This document shows, piece after piece, positions 1 through 8,197 of a stretch of 56,139 bases of DNA. The position numbers and the translations under genes were made by a program. This stretch comes from Solirubrobacterales bacterium (GTDB lineage Bacteria > Actinomycetota > Thermoleophilia > Solirubrobacterales > 70-9). The DNA lies in assembly GCA_035620355.1 (NCBI GenBank), contig DASPGZ010000101.1:1-56139 (forward strand). Reading direction: 5' to 3'. The notes beneath the pieces were generated by a model. The model made no database searches, was not told where the DNA came from, and worked only from the letters and a program-made list of their open reading frames with translations. The first letter of the stretch is position 1, and every line of letters begins with the position of its first letter.

Positions 1-100
1 TGTAGACCGGCAGCAGAAAGACCGCGATCAGCTTTGAGATCACGCTCGAGGCCGTGTAGGCGGCGCCCGTGGTCGCCAGCCGGCGCAGATAGCCGAACAT
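1..100 (-). CDS. Polysaccharide/oligosaccharide flippase-family membrane protein, N-terminal fragment (continues beyond window start)
   Basis: Minus-strand ATG at 100..98, 2 nt after the ligase stop, open to the window edge. Translates MFGYLRRLATTGAAYTASSVISKLIAVFLLPVY, a hydrophobic N-terminus resembling Wzx/Polysacc_synt proteins. Only 33 codons are visible; absent from the ORF track because truncated. Confidence 0.4.
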   Translation of the reverse strand, partial: MFGYLRRLATTGAAYTASSVISKLIAVFLLPVY

Positions 101-102
101 CT

Positions 103-1659
103 CTAGGAGGCGGAGGCCGGAGGCCGAAGCCGACTCCCGGCGTCGTTGAGCCGGCTTGCTCCGCCGATGTTCGCCGAGGCCCGGGGCGGACCCGGGCGAA
201 GCGCGATCCCGAGCGCCAGCAACGCCCACATCGCGGGGTCGATCGCGAACCCCGTGTAGCCGAAACTGGCGACGAGCAGGGCGACGAAGCAGGCTGCGAC
301 CGCGGCTCGCGCCAGTGAGTGGGCGGCCCCCGACCCGAGCAGGCAGACCAGCGACACGACCAACAGCGCGACGTAGAGCGTCAGGCCGATCACCCCCTGC
401 TCGGCGGCGACGGTGACCGGCTCGGAGTGCGAGACGGTCGTCCGCGCCTGTTCGATGTGCTCGAAGAAGGCGCGGCCGAACGAGCCCGAGCCGTAGCCGG
501 CGATCGGCTTGCCGACGTCCTGGTCGGCGGGCGGCTCGTCCGGGCCGATCACCCCGAACAGGATCAGGCCGCCGCGGGCGAGGTCGGTGTGCCCGCTGTC
601 GATGCTGCGCACGTCCTCGATGTCGCTGGTCGGCGTCCCTCCGGCGACCACCAGCGCGACCAGCGCGACGGCGCCGAGAGCAGCGAACCCGGCGACCCCG
701 CGCCAGCGCCAGCGCAGCAGGCAGACCATCCCGAGCCCGGCGAGCAGGGCGGCGAAGCTGGTCAGCGAATAGGAGAAGGCGAGCGCCACCAGCCCGACGG
801 CGAAGACCGCCGCGGCGGCCCAGAGGTCCCGTCGCTCGCCGCCCCAGGCGATGCAGGCGGCGAACGCCGTCAGCGCCAGGGCCAGGTAGCGGCCGAAGAT
901 GTTCGGGTCGAAGAAGATCGAGTTGACCCGGAAGTAGACGTGGAGCTCGTTCGCGTCGCCGAGCTCGGGGTTGAAGAAGAGCTCGCCGACCAGGTACTGC
1001 GCAATCCCGACCAGAGCGCAGCCGACGGTCACTGCGCCGACCGCGAGCAGCGTCCGGCGCAGCAGCTGCCGTGTCCACTCGACCTCGGCCAGGAGGCAGA
1101 AGAGGATCGCGAACGGGACCAGGAAGAAGCCGATGTTCTCGATCGCGTTCGAGACGTCGACCGAGTAGCTCGCCTGAATCGCGTAGAGGACCGGCGTCGC
1201 CGCCAGCAGCCAGCGCAGCCGCCGTGGCCACGGGTCCCCGGCGGGGACGCGGCGCGCGGGCGGCGGCCGCAGCGCCGAGACGATCGCGCCGGCCGCGATC
1301 ACCGCGTACAGGGGTACCAGCAGGTTCGCGGTCTCCCCGCCGATCTCGAGCGGCACCCGCAGCGGCAGCACGGCGACGGCGGCGATCGGGAACGCCTGCG
1401 GGTAGCGGCGAAAGAACCAGCAGAGGACGGTGACGGCGGCGGCGGCGAAGACGACCGCGACGCCGACCTGCGGCGCGCTGGTCCGGAAGTCGACCACCCG
1501 CGGCTCGTCCCACACGCTGCCGGCCACGAGCACCGGCGCGGCGACCAGAGCGACGGCGATCGCCACCTGGCGCGCCCGCCGATCCTCGAGCACCAGGGCG
1601 GCGGCGGCCGCGCCGCAGGCGACCAGGATCCCGATCAGCTCCGGGGCCGAGGCCGTCAT
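103..1659 (-). CDS. O-antigen ligase-like (Wzy_C/WaaL family) polytopic membrane protein
   Basis: Internal ATG (1659..1657) of track ORF 103..2061; the upstream part is Arg/Gly-rich junk overlapping the next gene. Many hydrophobic segments. C-terminal GYGSGSFGRAFFEH...SHSEPVTVAAEQGVIGL resembles the O-antigen ligase signature. ATGA overlap with the upstream stop. Confidence 0.75.
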   Translation of the reverse strand: MTASAPELIGILVACGAAAAALVLEDRRARQVAIAVALVAAPVLVAGSVWDEPRVVDFRTSAPQVGVAVVFAAAAVTVLCWFFRRYPQAFPIAAVAVLPLRVPLEIGGETANLLVPLYAVIAAGAIVSALRPPPARRVPAGDPWPRRLRWLLAATPVLYAIQASYSVDVSNAIENIGFFLVPFAILFCLLAEVEWTRQLLRRTLLAVGAVTVGCALVGIAQYLVGELFFNPELGDANELHVYFRVNSIFFDPNIFGRYLALALTAFAACIAWGGERRDLWAAAAVFAVGLVALAFSYSLTSFAALLAGLGMVCLLRWRWRGVAGFAALGAVALVALVVAGGTPTSDIEDVRSIDSGHTDLARGGLILFGVIGPDEPPADQDVGKPIAGYGSGSFGRAFFEHIEQARTTVSHSEPVTVAAEQGVIGLTLYVALLVVSLVCLLGSGAAHSLARAAVAACFVALLVASFGYTGFAIDPAMWALLALGIALRPGPPRASANIGGASRLNDAGSRLRPPASAS

Positions 1660-2105
1660 GGCTCGGACGGCGCCGGCGGGAGCACGTTGATCCGCCGCGG
1701 CCAGACCATCTCGCGGCCCTCGCTCGGCAACTCGACCAGCAGCCGGTAACGACCCGGCGGGACCGCGGCGCCGTCGTCGGTGCGCCCGTCCCAGGAGTAG
1801 CTGACCGGCTCGCGCTCGCCCAGGGCGACGTCGGCATCGAGCGTCCGGACCAGGTTCTCGCGGCTGTCGACGATCCCGACCAGCGCCCCGTCGTCGGCCT
1901 CGCGGACGAAGAAGGTGATCGGCACCTCGTCGGGGCCGGGCCCGCCGACCCGCAGGCTCGCCTGCTGATCGCGGGCGGGCTCGGTGACCTCCAGCACCAG
2001 GTCCGGGGTCCGCGCGCGCACGACCAGGACCGCGGCGGCGAAGGTCGCCGCCAGCAGGCAACAGAAGAGCGCCGCGCCGAGCGTGACGCGGTGCCCGCCG
2101 GGCAC
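1656..2105 (-). CDS. Signal-anchored FlgD-Ig-like domain protein
   Basis: Track ORF. GTG start overlaps the upstream TAG (TAGTG) and its TGA overlaps the ligase ATG. N-terminal anchor LGAALFCCLLAATFAAAVLVV, then a beta-rich domain with YSWDGRTDDGAAVPPGRYRLLVEL (FlgD_ig-type motif). Confidence 0.55.
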   Translation of the reverse strand: MPGGHRVTLGAALFCCLLAATFAAAVLVVRARTPDLVLEVTEPARDQQASLRVGGPGPDEVPITFFVREADDGALVGIVDSRENLVRTLDADVALGEREPVSYSWDGRTDDGAAVPPGRYRLLVELPSEGREMVWPRRINVLPPAPSEP

Positions 2106-2893
2106 TAAGCCCGATCCTCGCCGGCGATCACGACAACGTCGGCGTTCTCGGCCTGCTGGCGCAGGTCGCGATCGAGCGGCTTCACCTTCCTCACCCCCAG
2201 GTCGCCGGCGACCTTCTGCGCGGCCGGCTTCTGGCGGTCCTCGTAGAGCACCTCCGTGTTCGCGAAGCCGGGCTCGGTGTTGGTGATCGCTACCACCTTG
2301 TAGCCGGCGGCCTCGATGTCGGAGGCGACCTTGCCCGCAAGGCCGTTGATCGAGGTGCCGTTGAAGATCGCGACGTCGACCTCGCCGGGGACGATCCGCC
2401 CGACCCGTTGCTGCGGCAGCTCGTCGTCGGAGAGCAGCGCCTGGGAGACGAAGATCGCGGCGGCGCCGAGCAGCAGCGCGGCGGCGCCGATCGCGACCAG
2501 CACGCGGGGCTGGGTCGCGCGGTCGACGAAGTGGCGCCAGCGTGGGTGCGGCGCGAGCGCCGCGCGCTCCATCGTGATCCGCTCGAGCGCCGGGCGCTCG
2601 TGGGTGACCCGGGTCGCCGCCGGGATCCCGCCCGCAGGGGTGCCCCCGGGCTCCGGCGGGGCGACCGCGGTGGCGCCGGTGATCTCCTCGAGCTCGGTCT
2701 CGGCGGAGTCGAGCCGCCGCTCGCTCGTGCTCAGATTCTCGGCGGCGTAATCGGGGTCGGCCTCGCGCAGGGCGCGCAGCCGCTTGACGTCGCGGCGCTG
2801 CGAGAGATAGAGCGGCAGGAGCAGGATCAGCCCGAGCATCGCGCCCGCCGCGATGAAGCCGCCGACCGTGTCGAAGATCTCGCCGACGCCCAC
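2105..2893 (-). CDS. LytR_C-domain membrane protein
   Basis: Last 262 codons of track ORF 2105..3586; the upstream part is Arg/Gly junk overlapping the neighbouring gene. GTG 2893 is the first start after the upstream stop at 2905. TM helix FIAAGAMLGLILLLPLYL. C-terminal VAIFNGTSINGLAGKVASDIEAAGYKVV...VVVIAG is LytR_C-like. Start uncertain; no clear SD. Confidence 0.6.
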   Translation of the reverse strand: MGVGEIFDTVGGFIAAGAMLGLILLLPLYLSQRRDVKRLRALREADPDYAAENLSTSERRLDSAETELEEITGATAVAPPEPGGTPAGGIPAATRVTHERPALERITMERAALAPHPRWRHFVDRATQPRVLVAIGAAALLLGAAAIFVSQALLSDDELPQQRVGRIVPGEVDVAIFNGTSINGLAGKVASDIEAAGYKVVAITNTEPGFANTEVLYEDRQKPAAQKVAGDLGVRKVKPLDRDLRQQAENADVVVIAGEDRA

Positions 2894-2904
2894 GAGCGTG
2901 CCCG

Positions 2905-3702
2905 CTAGGAACCGAAGTCGGAGTCGTCCCTGCCGATGACGAGCGCCAGCGGCGCCTCGCCGGAGCGGTCCCGGATCCCGCCGATCATCGGCAGCACCTC
3001 CGGCTCGCCGAGCTGGTCGGCGACCCCGGCGGCGAGCTCGTTGGCGTCCGCTTCGGCCGCCGGCTCGAACATCACCGTGGTCTGGTCGAAGCCCGAGTCC
3101 GCGTTCGTCTTCTCGCCGACGGCGAAGCCGTCGAGCGGCTGCACGACCTGCTTCGCGACCACGTCGGCGAGGCCCTGGACGCCCGCGATCTCCGTGCCGT
3201 CGGCCGCCTGCTCCTGGGTCGCGTTGAGGACCGCCACCTCGATCTTCTCCTCCTTCGGCTTGCCGCCGCCGTCCTTGCCGCCCTGGGTGCTGCCGCCGCC
3301 GGCGTCGTCGCCGCCGATCAGGCCGAAGCCGCTGGTCAGCACCGCCGCGGCGATCACGCCCGCGGCCAGCAGCGCGACCAGGTAGCGGGGATCGATCGGC
3401 AACCGCCGGTCGAGCGCGGCGAAGCGATCGGAGACCCAGTCGCGGCGGGCACCGAACCATGCGGCGATCCGGCCGGGGGGCGGCGCCTCGACCTCCTCGG
3501 CCTCCGGCTCCTCGCCCTTGGCCTCGGCGACGGCCACCTCGGCCTCGGTCGCCTCGGTCGCGCGCTCGGGGGCCCGCCCCGCCCACTCGCGCAGGCGGCG
3601 CACCTCGCGTGCCTGCTGGATCGTCAGGAAGGCGAGGATCGCGAGACCCAGAAAGGCGGCGACGCCGAGATAGGGCCCGATCGAATCGATCAGGTCAGTC
3701 AT
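2905..3702 (-). CDS. LytR_C-domain membrane protein (paralog of 2105..2893)
   Basis: Track ORF with ATG start. TM helix YLGVAAFLGLAILAFLTI followed by QQAREVRRLREW (the paralog has SQRRDVKRLRAL). C-terminal VAVLNATQEQAADGTEIAGVQGLADVVAKQV...LALVIGRD is LytR_C-like. Confidence 0.65.
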   Translation of the reverse strand: MTDLIDSIGPYLGVAAFLGLAILAFLTIQQAREVRRLREWAGRAPERATEATEAEVAVAEAKGEEPEAEEVEAPPPGRIAAWFGARRDWVSDRFAALDRRLPIDPRYLVALLAAGVIAAAVLTSGFGLIGGDDAGGGSTQGGKDGGGKPKEEKIEVAVLNATQEQAADGTEIAGVQGLADVVAKQVVQPLDGFAVGEKTNADSGFDQTTVMFEPAAEADANELAAGVADQLGEPEVLPMIGGIRDRSGEAPLALVIGRDDSDFGS

Positions 3703-3727
3703 AGATTGAGGCGGGGAGTTTTGCCGA

Positions 3728-5608
3728 TCAAGCCAGCGTGTGGCGGGCCGTGCCCCCGCCGCCCATCAGCTCGACCACGTGCTCGGCCAGCCCCGCCTCG
3801 TCGCCGGAGGCGACCAGGGTCGCCAGCCGCTCGACCGTCTCCTCGACCCAGACGGGATCGAGTGCCTCCGCCCGCACCGCCCGGACGATCCGGTCGGCGG
3901 TCGTCTGCTGCGGGCGCTCGTCGGGGTTGAACAGCTCCTCGTGGAGCTTCTCGCCCGGCCGCACGCCGATGATCTCGATCGGGATGTCGGCATCCGGCTC
4001 GTAGCCGGCGAGCCGGATCATGTTGCGGGCCAGCTCGATGATCTTCACCGGCTCGCCCATCTCGAGCACGAACATGTCGCCGGCGCCGCTGCCGAGGTCA
4101 CCGGCCTGAATCACGAGCTGGACCGCCTCCGGGATGGTCATGAAGTAGCGGGTCATCTCCGGGTCGGTGACCGTCACCGGCCCGCCGCGCTCGATCTGCG
4201 AACGGAAGATCGGGACCACGCTTCCCGAGGAGGCGAGGACGTTGCCGAAGCGGACGATCGTGAACCGCGTCTGCGGATTGCGCTCGCCGACGGCGGCGAC
4301 GATCCACTCGGCCATCGCCTTGGTCGCGCCCATCACCGTGCGCGGGTTGACCGCCTTGTCGGTCGAGATCAGGACGAAGCGCTCGACCCCGGCCACTGCG
4401 GCGTTCTTCGCCGTCACCTGGGTCGCGATCGCGTTGTTGCGCAGCGCCTCGAGCGGGTTGGCCTCCATCAGGCCGACGTGCTTGTAGGCGGCTGCGTGGA
4501 AGACGACCTCGGGCTTGAACCGCTGCATCACCTCGAGCATCCGCTCGCCCTCCTTGCAGTCGGCGAGCACCGACTCGATCCGGGTGAAGTGCCACTGCGC
4601 GGTCATCTCCCGGTCGATCTCGAACAGGTTGTCCTCGGCGTGGTCGGCGAGCACCAGCAGCTTCGGCCGGACCCGGGCGATCTGGCGCACGAGCTCGGAG
4701 CCGATCGAGCCGCCCGCGCCGGTCACCAGGACCCGCTTGTCCTCGAGGTACGCCCCGACCCGGTCGAGCTCCATCACCACCGGGTCGCGGCCGAGGACGT
4801 CCTCGACCCGGACCTCGCGCAGCTGGCGGGTGAGCTGGACGCCGCCGCGCAGGAGCTCGAAAACGGTCGGCAGGGTGCGCACCTCGATCTCGCGCTCGCG
4901 ACAGGCCGCGACCACCTTGCCGCGCAGGACGCCGGGCGCCGACGGAATCGCGATCACGACCTCGTCCGGAGCGAGCCGGTCGCAGATCGGCCCGATCTCG
5001 TCGGTGGTCCCGAGCACCTTGAGCCCGGCGGCGCGCATGTTGCGCTTCGACGGGTCGTCGTCGAGGAAGCCGATCGCGTGCGCGCCGAGGTTCGGGTTCA
5101 GCTGCAGCTCGCGGACGACCATCTGGCCGCCCGAGCCGGCGCCGACGACGAGGATGCTGCGCGAGCGGCCGCGGGCCATCCGCTGGGGCCGCTCGGCAAA
5201 CGAGCGCCGCGCGAGCCGTGCGCCTCCGAGCAGCGCGCAGGAGAGGATGAAGTCGAAGATCACCACCGAGCGGGGCAAGCTGTCGGGATAGGGCTTGACC
5301 AGCACGAAGACGAGGACGAGGAGCGCGCTCGCCACCGCCAGCGCCCGGACCAGCGGCCAGAGGTCCGGGAGGCGGAAGTAGCGCCACCACTGGTGGTGCT
5401 GGCCGAGCAGCTCGAGGACCAGCGACTTGCCGATCGCGACGAAGGCGACCGAGCCCGCGAGCATGGTCAAATAGCGGTCGGGGATCTGGCCGCCGTCGTC
5501 GAGGAAGCGGAGCAGGAACGCGAGCGCGAAGGCGATCGCGCAGAGCAGCGCGTCGGCGGCGAACTCGAGCGCCCGCCGCCTGAGGACAGGATCGGCCAGG
5601 CGGGACAT
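3728..5608 (-). CDS. CapD/WbpM/PglF-type membrane-bound NDP-sugar 4,6-dehydratase (polysaccharide biosynthesis protein)
   Basis: Track ORF. N-terminal TM helices, two Rossmann motifs (ILVVGAGSGG; VLVTGAGGSIGSEL), FHAAAYKHV and ISTDKAV short-chain dehydratase motifs. Confidence 0.85.
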   Translation of the reverse strand: MSRLADPVLRRRALEFAADALLCAIAFALAFLLRFLDDGGQIPDRYLTMLAGSVAFVAIGKSLVLELLGQHHQWWRYFRLPDLWPLVRALAVASALLVLVFVLVKPYPDSLPRSVVIFDFILSCALLGGARLARRSFAERPQRMARGRSRSILVVGAGSGGQMVVRELQLNPNLGAHAIGFLDDDPSKRNMRAAGLKVLGTTDEIGPICDRLAPDEVVIAIPSAPGVLRGKVVAACREREIEVRTLPTVFELLRGGVQLTRQLREVRVEDVLGRDPVVMELDRVGAYLEDKRVLVTGAGGSIGSELVRQIARVRPKLLVLADHAEDNLFEIDREMTAQWHFTRIESVLADCKEGERMLEVMQRFKPEVVFHAAAYKHVGLMEANPLEALRNNAIATQVTAKNAAVAGVERFVLISTDKAVNPRTVMGATKAMAEWIVAAVGERNPQTRFTIVRFGNVLASSGSVVPIFRSQIERGGPVTVTDPEMTRYFMTIPEAVQLVIQAGDLGSGAGDMFVLEMGEPVKIIELARNMIRLAGYEPDADIPIEIIGVRPGEKLHEELFNPDERPQQTTADRIVRAVRAEALDPVWVEETVERLATLVASGDEAGLAEHVVELMGGGGTARHTLA

Positions 5609-5664
5609 GGCCAGCGAGTCTACGGCGGAACCCGGCCCCCCGGTGGGTAACGTGTCCGGCCCGC

Positions 5665-6324
5665 ATGGTCCCGGTCAGCCTCCTCAACGCGCTTCCCCGC
5701 GCGTCGGTCACCGACGCGGTCCTCGACCCGATCGTCAACGCGGCGACCGACTTCATCGACGCGGTCGGGGTGATCGGCGTCTTCCTGCTGATGCTGCTCG
5801 AGAGCGCCTGCATCCCGGTGCCCAGCGAGGCGATCATGCTGTTCGCCGGGTTCAGCGTCTCCGAGGGGAGCATGAGCCTGTTCGGCGCGGTCACGGCGGG
5901 GGTGCTCGGCAACGTCGTCGGCTCCTGGATCGCCTACGCGGTCGGCTACTACGGGCGGCTCGAGCTGCTCGACAAGAACCGCTTCATCCACATCAACCGC
6001 AAGCACCTGGAGTGGGCCGACAGCTGGTTCCAGCGCCACGGCGACGTCACCGTACTGGTGGCCCGCTGCCTGCCGATCATCCGCACCTTCATCTCGCTGC
6101 CGGCCGGCGTCGCCCGGATGCCGTTCTGGCGCTTCACCGTGCTGACCACGATCGGCTGCATCCCGTGGGTGCTGATGCTGACCCTGATCGGCCGCTCGGT
6201 CGGCGACAACTGGGAGGAGTGGCGCGACAAGCTCCACTACCTCGACTACGCCGTGATCGCGATCGCGATCGGCGGGCTGATCTACTGGCTGATCCGCCGG
6301 CGGCGCACCCCGAAGCCCGCCTGA
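5665..6324 (+). CDS. DedA-family inner membrane protein
   Basis: Track ORF. FLLMLLESACIPVPSEAIMLFAGF and RCLPIIRTFISLPAGVARMPFWRF match DedA/SNARE-associated family motifs. Confidence 0.8.
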   Translation: MVPVSLLNALPRASVTDAVLDPIVNAATDFIDAVGVIGVFLLMLLESACIPVPSEAIMLFAGFSVSEGSMSLFGAVTAGVLGNVVGSWIAYAVGYYGRLELLDKNRFIHINRKHLEWADSWFQRHGDVTVLVARCLPIIRTFISLPAGVARMPFWRFTVLTTIGCIPWVLMLTLIGRSVGDNWEEWRDKLHYLDYAVIAIAIGGLIYWLIRRRRTPKPA

Positions 6325-6329
6325 TCGGC

Positions 6330-7142
6330 GTGCGCGGCGCCGCCCACGCCCCCGGCCTCGGCCCGAAGCGGGCGGCGGTCCTCGGGCTGGTCCAGGGGCC
6401 GACCGAGCTGCTGCCGATCTCGAGCTCGGCTCACCTGGCGCTGGTCCCGCGGATCGCGGGGTGGGACTGGGGGGCGATCGACCCCGAGGCGCGCAAGAGC
6501 TTCGAGGTCGCCCTGCACGCCGGCACGGCGGCCGCGCTGCTGATCGGCCAGCGGCGCGCGATCGCCGCCGAGCTGGCCGAGTTCGACCGCCGGCGGGCCG
6601 CCGTGGTCGCGCTCTCGTTCCTGCCGCCCGCGGTCGCCGGCTACACGCTCGAGCGCTGGATCGAGGGACGGCTGGGAGGGCCGTCGACGATCGCGGCCGG
6701 GCTCGCCGCCGGAGCGGTGGCGATGGTCGTCGCCGACACCCGGCCTCAGGAGCGCGGCCCCGGCGACGCGCGGGCGAGCGACGGGCTGGCCCTCGGGCTG
6801 GCCCAGGCGGCGGCCCTGATCCCGGGCGTCTCGCGCAACGGCGCCACCCTGACCGCTGCCCGCGCGCGCCGGTTCACCCGCGCGCACGCGAACCTGCTCT
6901 CGCGCACCGTGGCCCTGCCGGTGATCGTCGGGGCGACGCTGCTGAAGGGCGTGCGGCTGCGCCGCCGCGGCCTCTCGCCGGAGCTCTCGCGGGCGATGGC
7001 CGCCGGAGTCGGCGCCTCGTTCGTCTCGACCCTCGCCTCGCAGCGGCTGATCGGACTGGTCGAGCGCGACCGCGCGCTGTGGCCCTATGCCGCCTACCGG
7101 ATCTGCCTGGCGACCGCGATCGCGGTCAGAATGGCCCGATGA
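6330..7142 (+). CDS. uppP: Undecaprenyl-diphosphate phosphatase
   Basis: C-terminal 270 codons of track ORF 5607..7142. GTG 6330 lies just after the dedA stop. LGLVQGPTELLPISSSAHL and PGVSRNGATL are BacA/UppP signatures. Exact start uncertain (CTG 6321 / GTG 6330). Confidence 0.85.
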   Translation: MRGAAHAPGLGPKRAAVLGLVQGPTELLPISSSAHLALVPRIAGWDWGAIDPEARKSFEVALHAGTAAALLIGQRRAIAAELAEFDRRRAAVVALSFLPPAVAGYTLERWIEGRLGGPSTIAAGLAAGAVAMVVADTRPQERGPGDARASDGLALGLAQAAALIPGVSRNGATLTAARARRFTRAHANLLSRTVALPVIVGATLLKGVRLRRRGLSPELSRAMAAGVGASFVSTLASQRLIGLVERDRALWPYAAYRICLATAIAVRMAR

Positions 7143-8197
7143 GCGACCGCAAGGCGCCTCAACAGCGGCGCGGCTCGGCTTCGCTTCGCTCCGCCGCGCA
7201 GGCCGACGCTTACTCACGCGCCGGCGTCAGCCAGCGCGCGGCCGACTCCGCGGTCGAGGCCCTGGTCCGCAGCCTGAAGCTGATCGAGACCGGGAAGCCG
7301 TCGCGGGTGGTGGCGCTTCCGAACCACTACGCGAGCGTGCTGCGGATCGACGACCAAACCGGGGTCGCCTTCGGCACCGACGGGGTCGGGACCAAGATGC
7401 TGATCGCCGAGCGCATGGGCGACTTCACCACGATCGGGATCGACTGCATCGCGATGAACGTCAACGACCTGATCTGCGTCGGCGCCGAGCCGATCGCGAT
7501 GCTCGACTTCATCCTCTGCGGTGAGGCCGACCCGGAGGTCTGCGGCGCGATCGGGGTCGGCCTGCGCACGGGCGCCGAGCGGGCCGGGATCGAGATCCCG
7601 GGCGGCGAGATCGCCCAGGTCGGGGAGATCGTCTCCGGGGTCGAGCTGACCGGCTCGGCCATCGGGCTGGTCGCGCTCGAGTCGATCGTCGACGGCGCCG
7701 CCGTCGAGCCGGGCGACGCGATCATCGGGCTGCCCTCGTCGGGGCTGCACTCGAACGGCTACACGCTCGCGCGCCGGGCGCTGCGCGACGTGCCGCTCAC
7801 CGACGACCGGCTCGGGCGGCCGCTGGGCGAGATCCTCCTGTCGCCGACCGAGATCTACGTCCCGGCGATCCTCGAGCTGCTCGGGTCGGGCCTCGGGGCG
7901 CGGGGGCTCGCCCACATCACCGGCGACGGGCTCAACAACCTGACCCGGCTGGCGGCGCCGGTCGGCTACGAGATCTCGGATCCATTCGAGGTTCCGCCGG
8001 TGTTCGAGCTGATCGCCGAGCTCGGTGAGATCCCCGAGGCCGAGATGTACGAGGTCTTCAACATGGGCTGCGGATTCGTCTGCGTGATCGCGGCCGCCGA
8101 CGAGGAGGCCGCCCTGCGGTTGCTCCGCGGCCACTACCCGAGCGCGAAGCGGATCGGCACGGTCACCAAGCGCGCCGCGGTCGTCGAGCGGGCCTAG
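7139..8197 (+). CDS. purM: Phosphoribosylformylglycinamidine cyclo-ligase (AIR synthetase)
   Basis: ATG 7139 in frame with track ORF 6461..8197 and overlapping the uppP stop (ATGA). Motifs FGTDGVGTK, DCIAMNVNDLICVGAEP, SSGLHSNGYTLAR. Carries a ~20-aa N-terminal extension. Confidence 0.85.
   Translation: MSDRKAPQQRRGSASLRSAAQADAYSRAGVSQRAADSAVEALVRSLKLIETGKPSRVVALPNHYASVLRIDDQTGVAFGTDGVGTKMLIAERMGDFTTIGIDCIAMNVNDLICVGAEPIAMLDFILCGEADPEVCGAIGVGLRTGAERAGIEIPGGEIAQVGEIVSGVELTGSAIGLVALESIVDGAAVEPGDAIIGLPSSGLHSNGYTLARRALRDVPLTDDRLGRPLGEILLSPTEIYVPAILELLGSGLGARGLAHITGDGLNNLTRLAAPVGYEISDPFEVPPVFELIAELGEIPEAEMYEVFNMGCGFVCVIAAADEEAALRLLRGHYPSAKRIGTVTKRAAVVERA
7152..7180 (+). repeat. 29-nt exact repeat, copy 1 (AGGCGCCTCAACAGCGGCGCGGCTCGGCT) inside codons 5-14 of purM
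   Basis: Identical to the reverse complement of 14063..14091, read directly from the sequence. 32/33 identity when extended by 4 nt. Confidence 0.9.

Noticed and set aside
3740-5912. Two very long ORFs overlapping capD: 3740..5650 (+, 636 aa) and 4098..5912 (-, 604 aa)
   Set aside because: Their translations are Arg/Gly/Asp/Pro-rich low-complexity strings with no motifs. The 3728..5608 frame carries unambiguous Rossmann and CapD motifs. This is a typical alternative-frame artefact of very GC-rich DNA.
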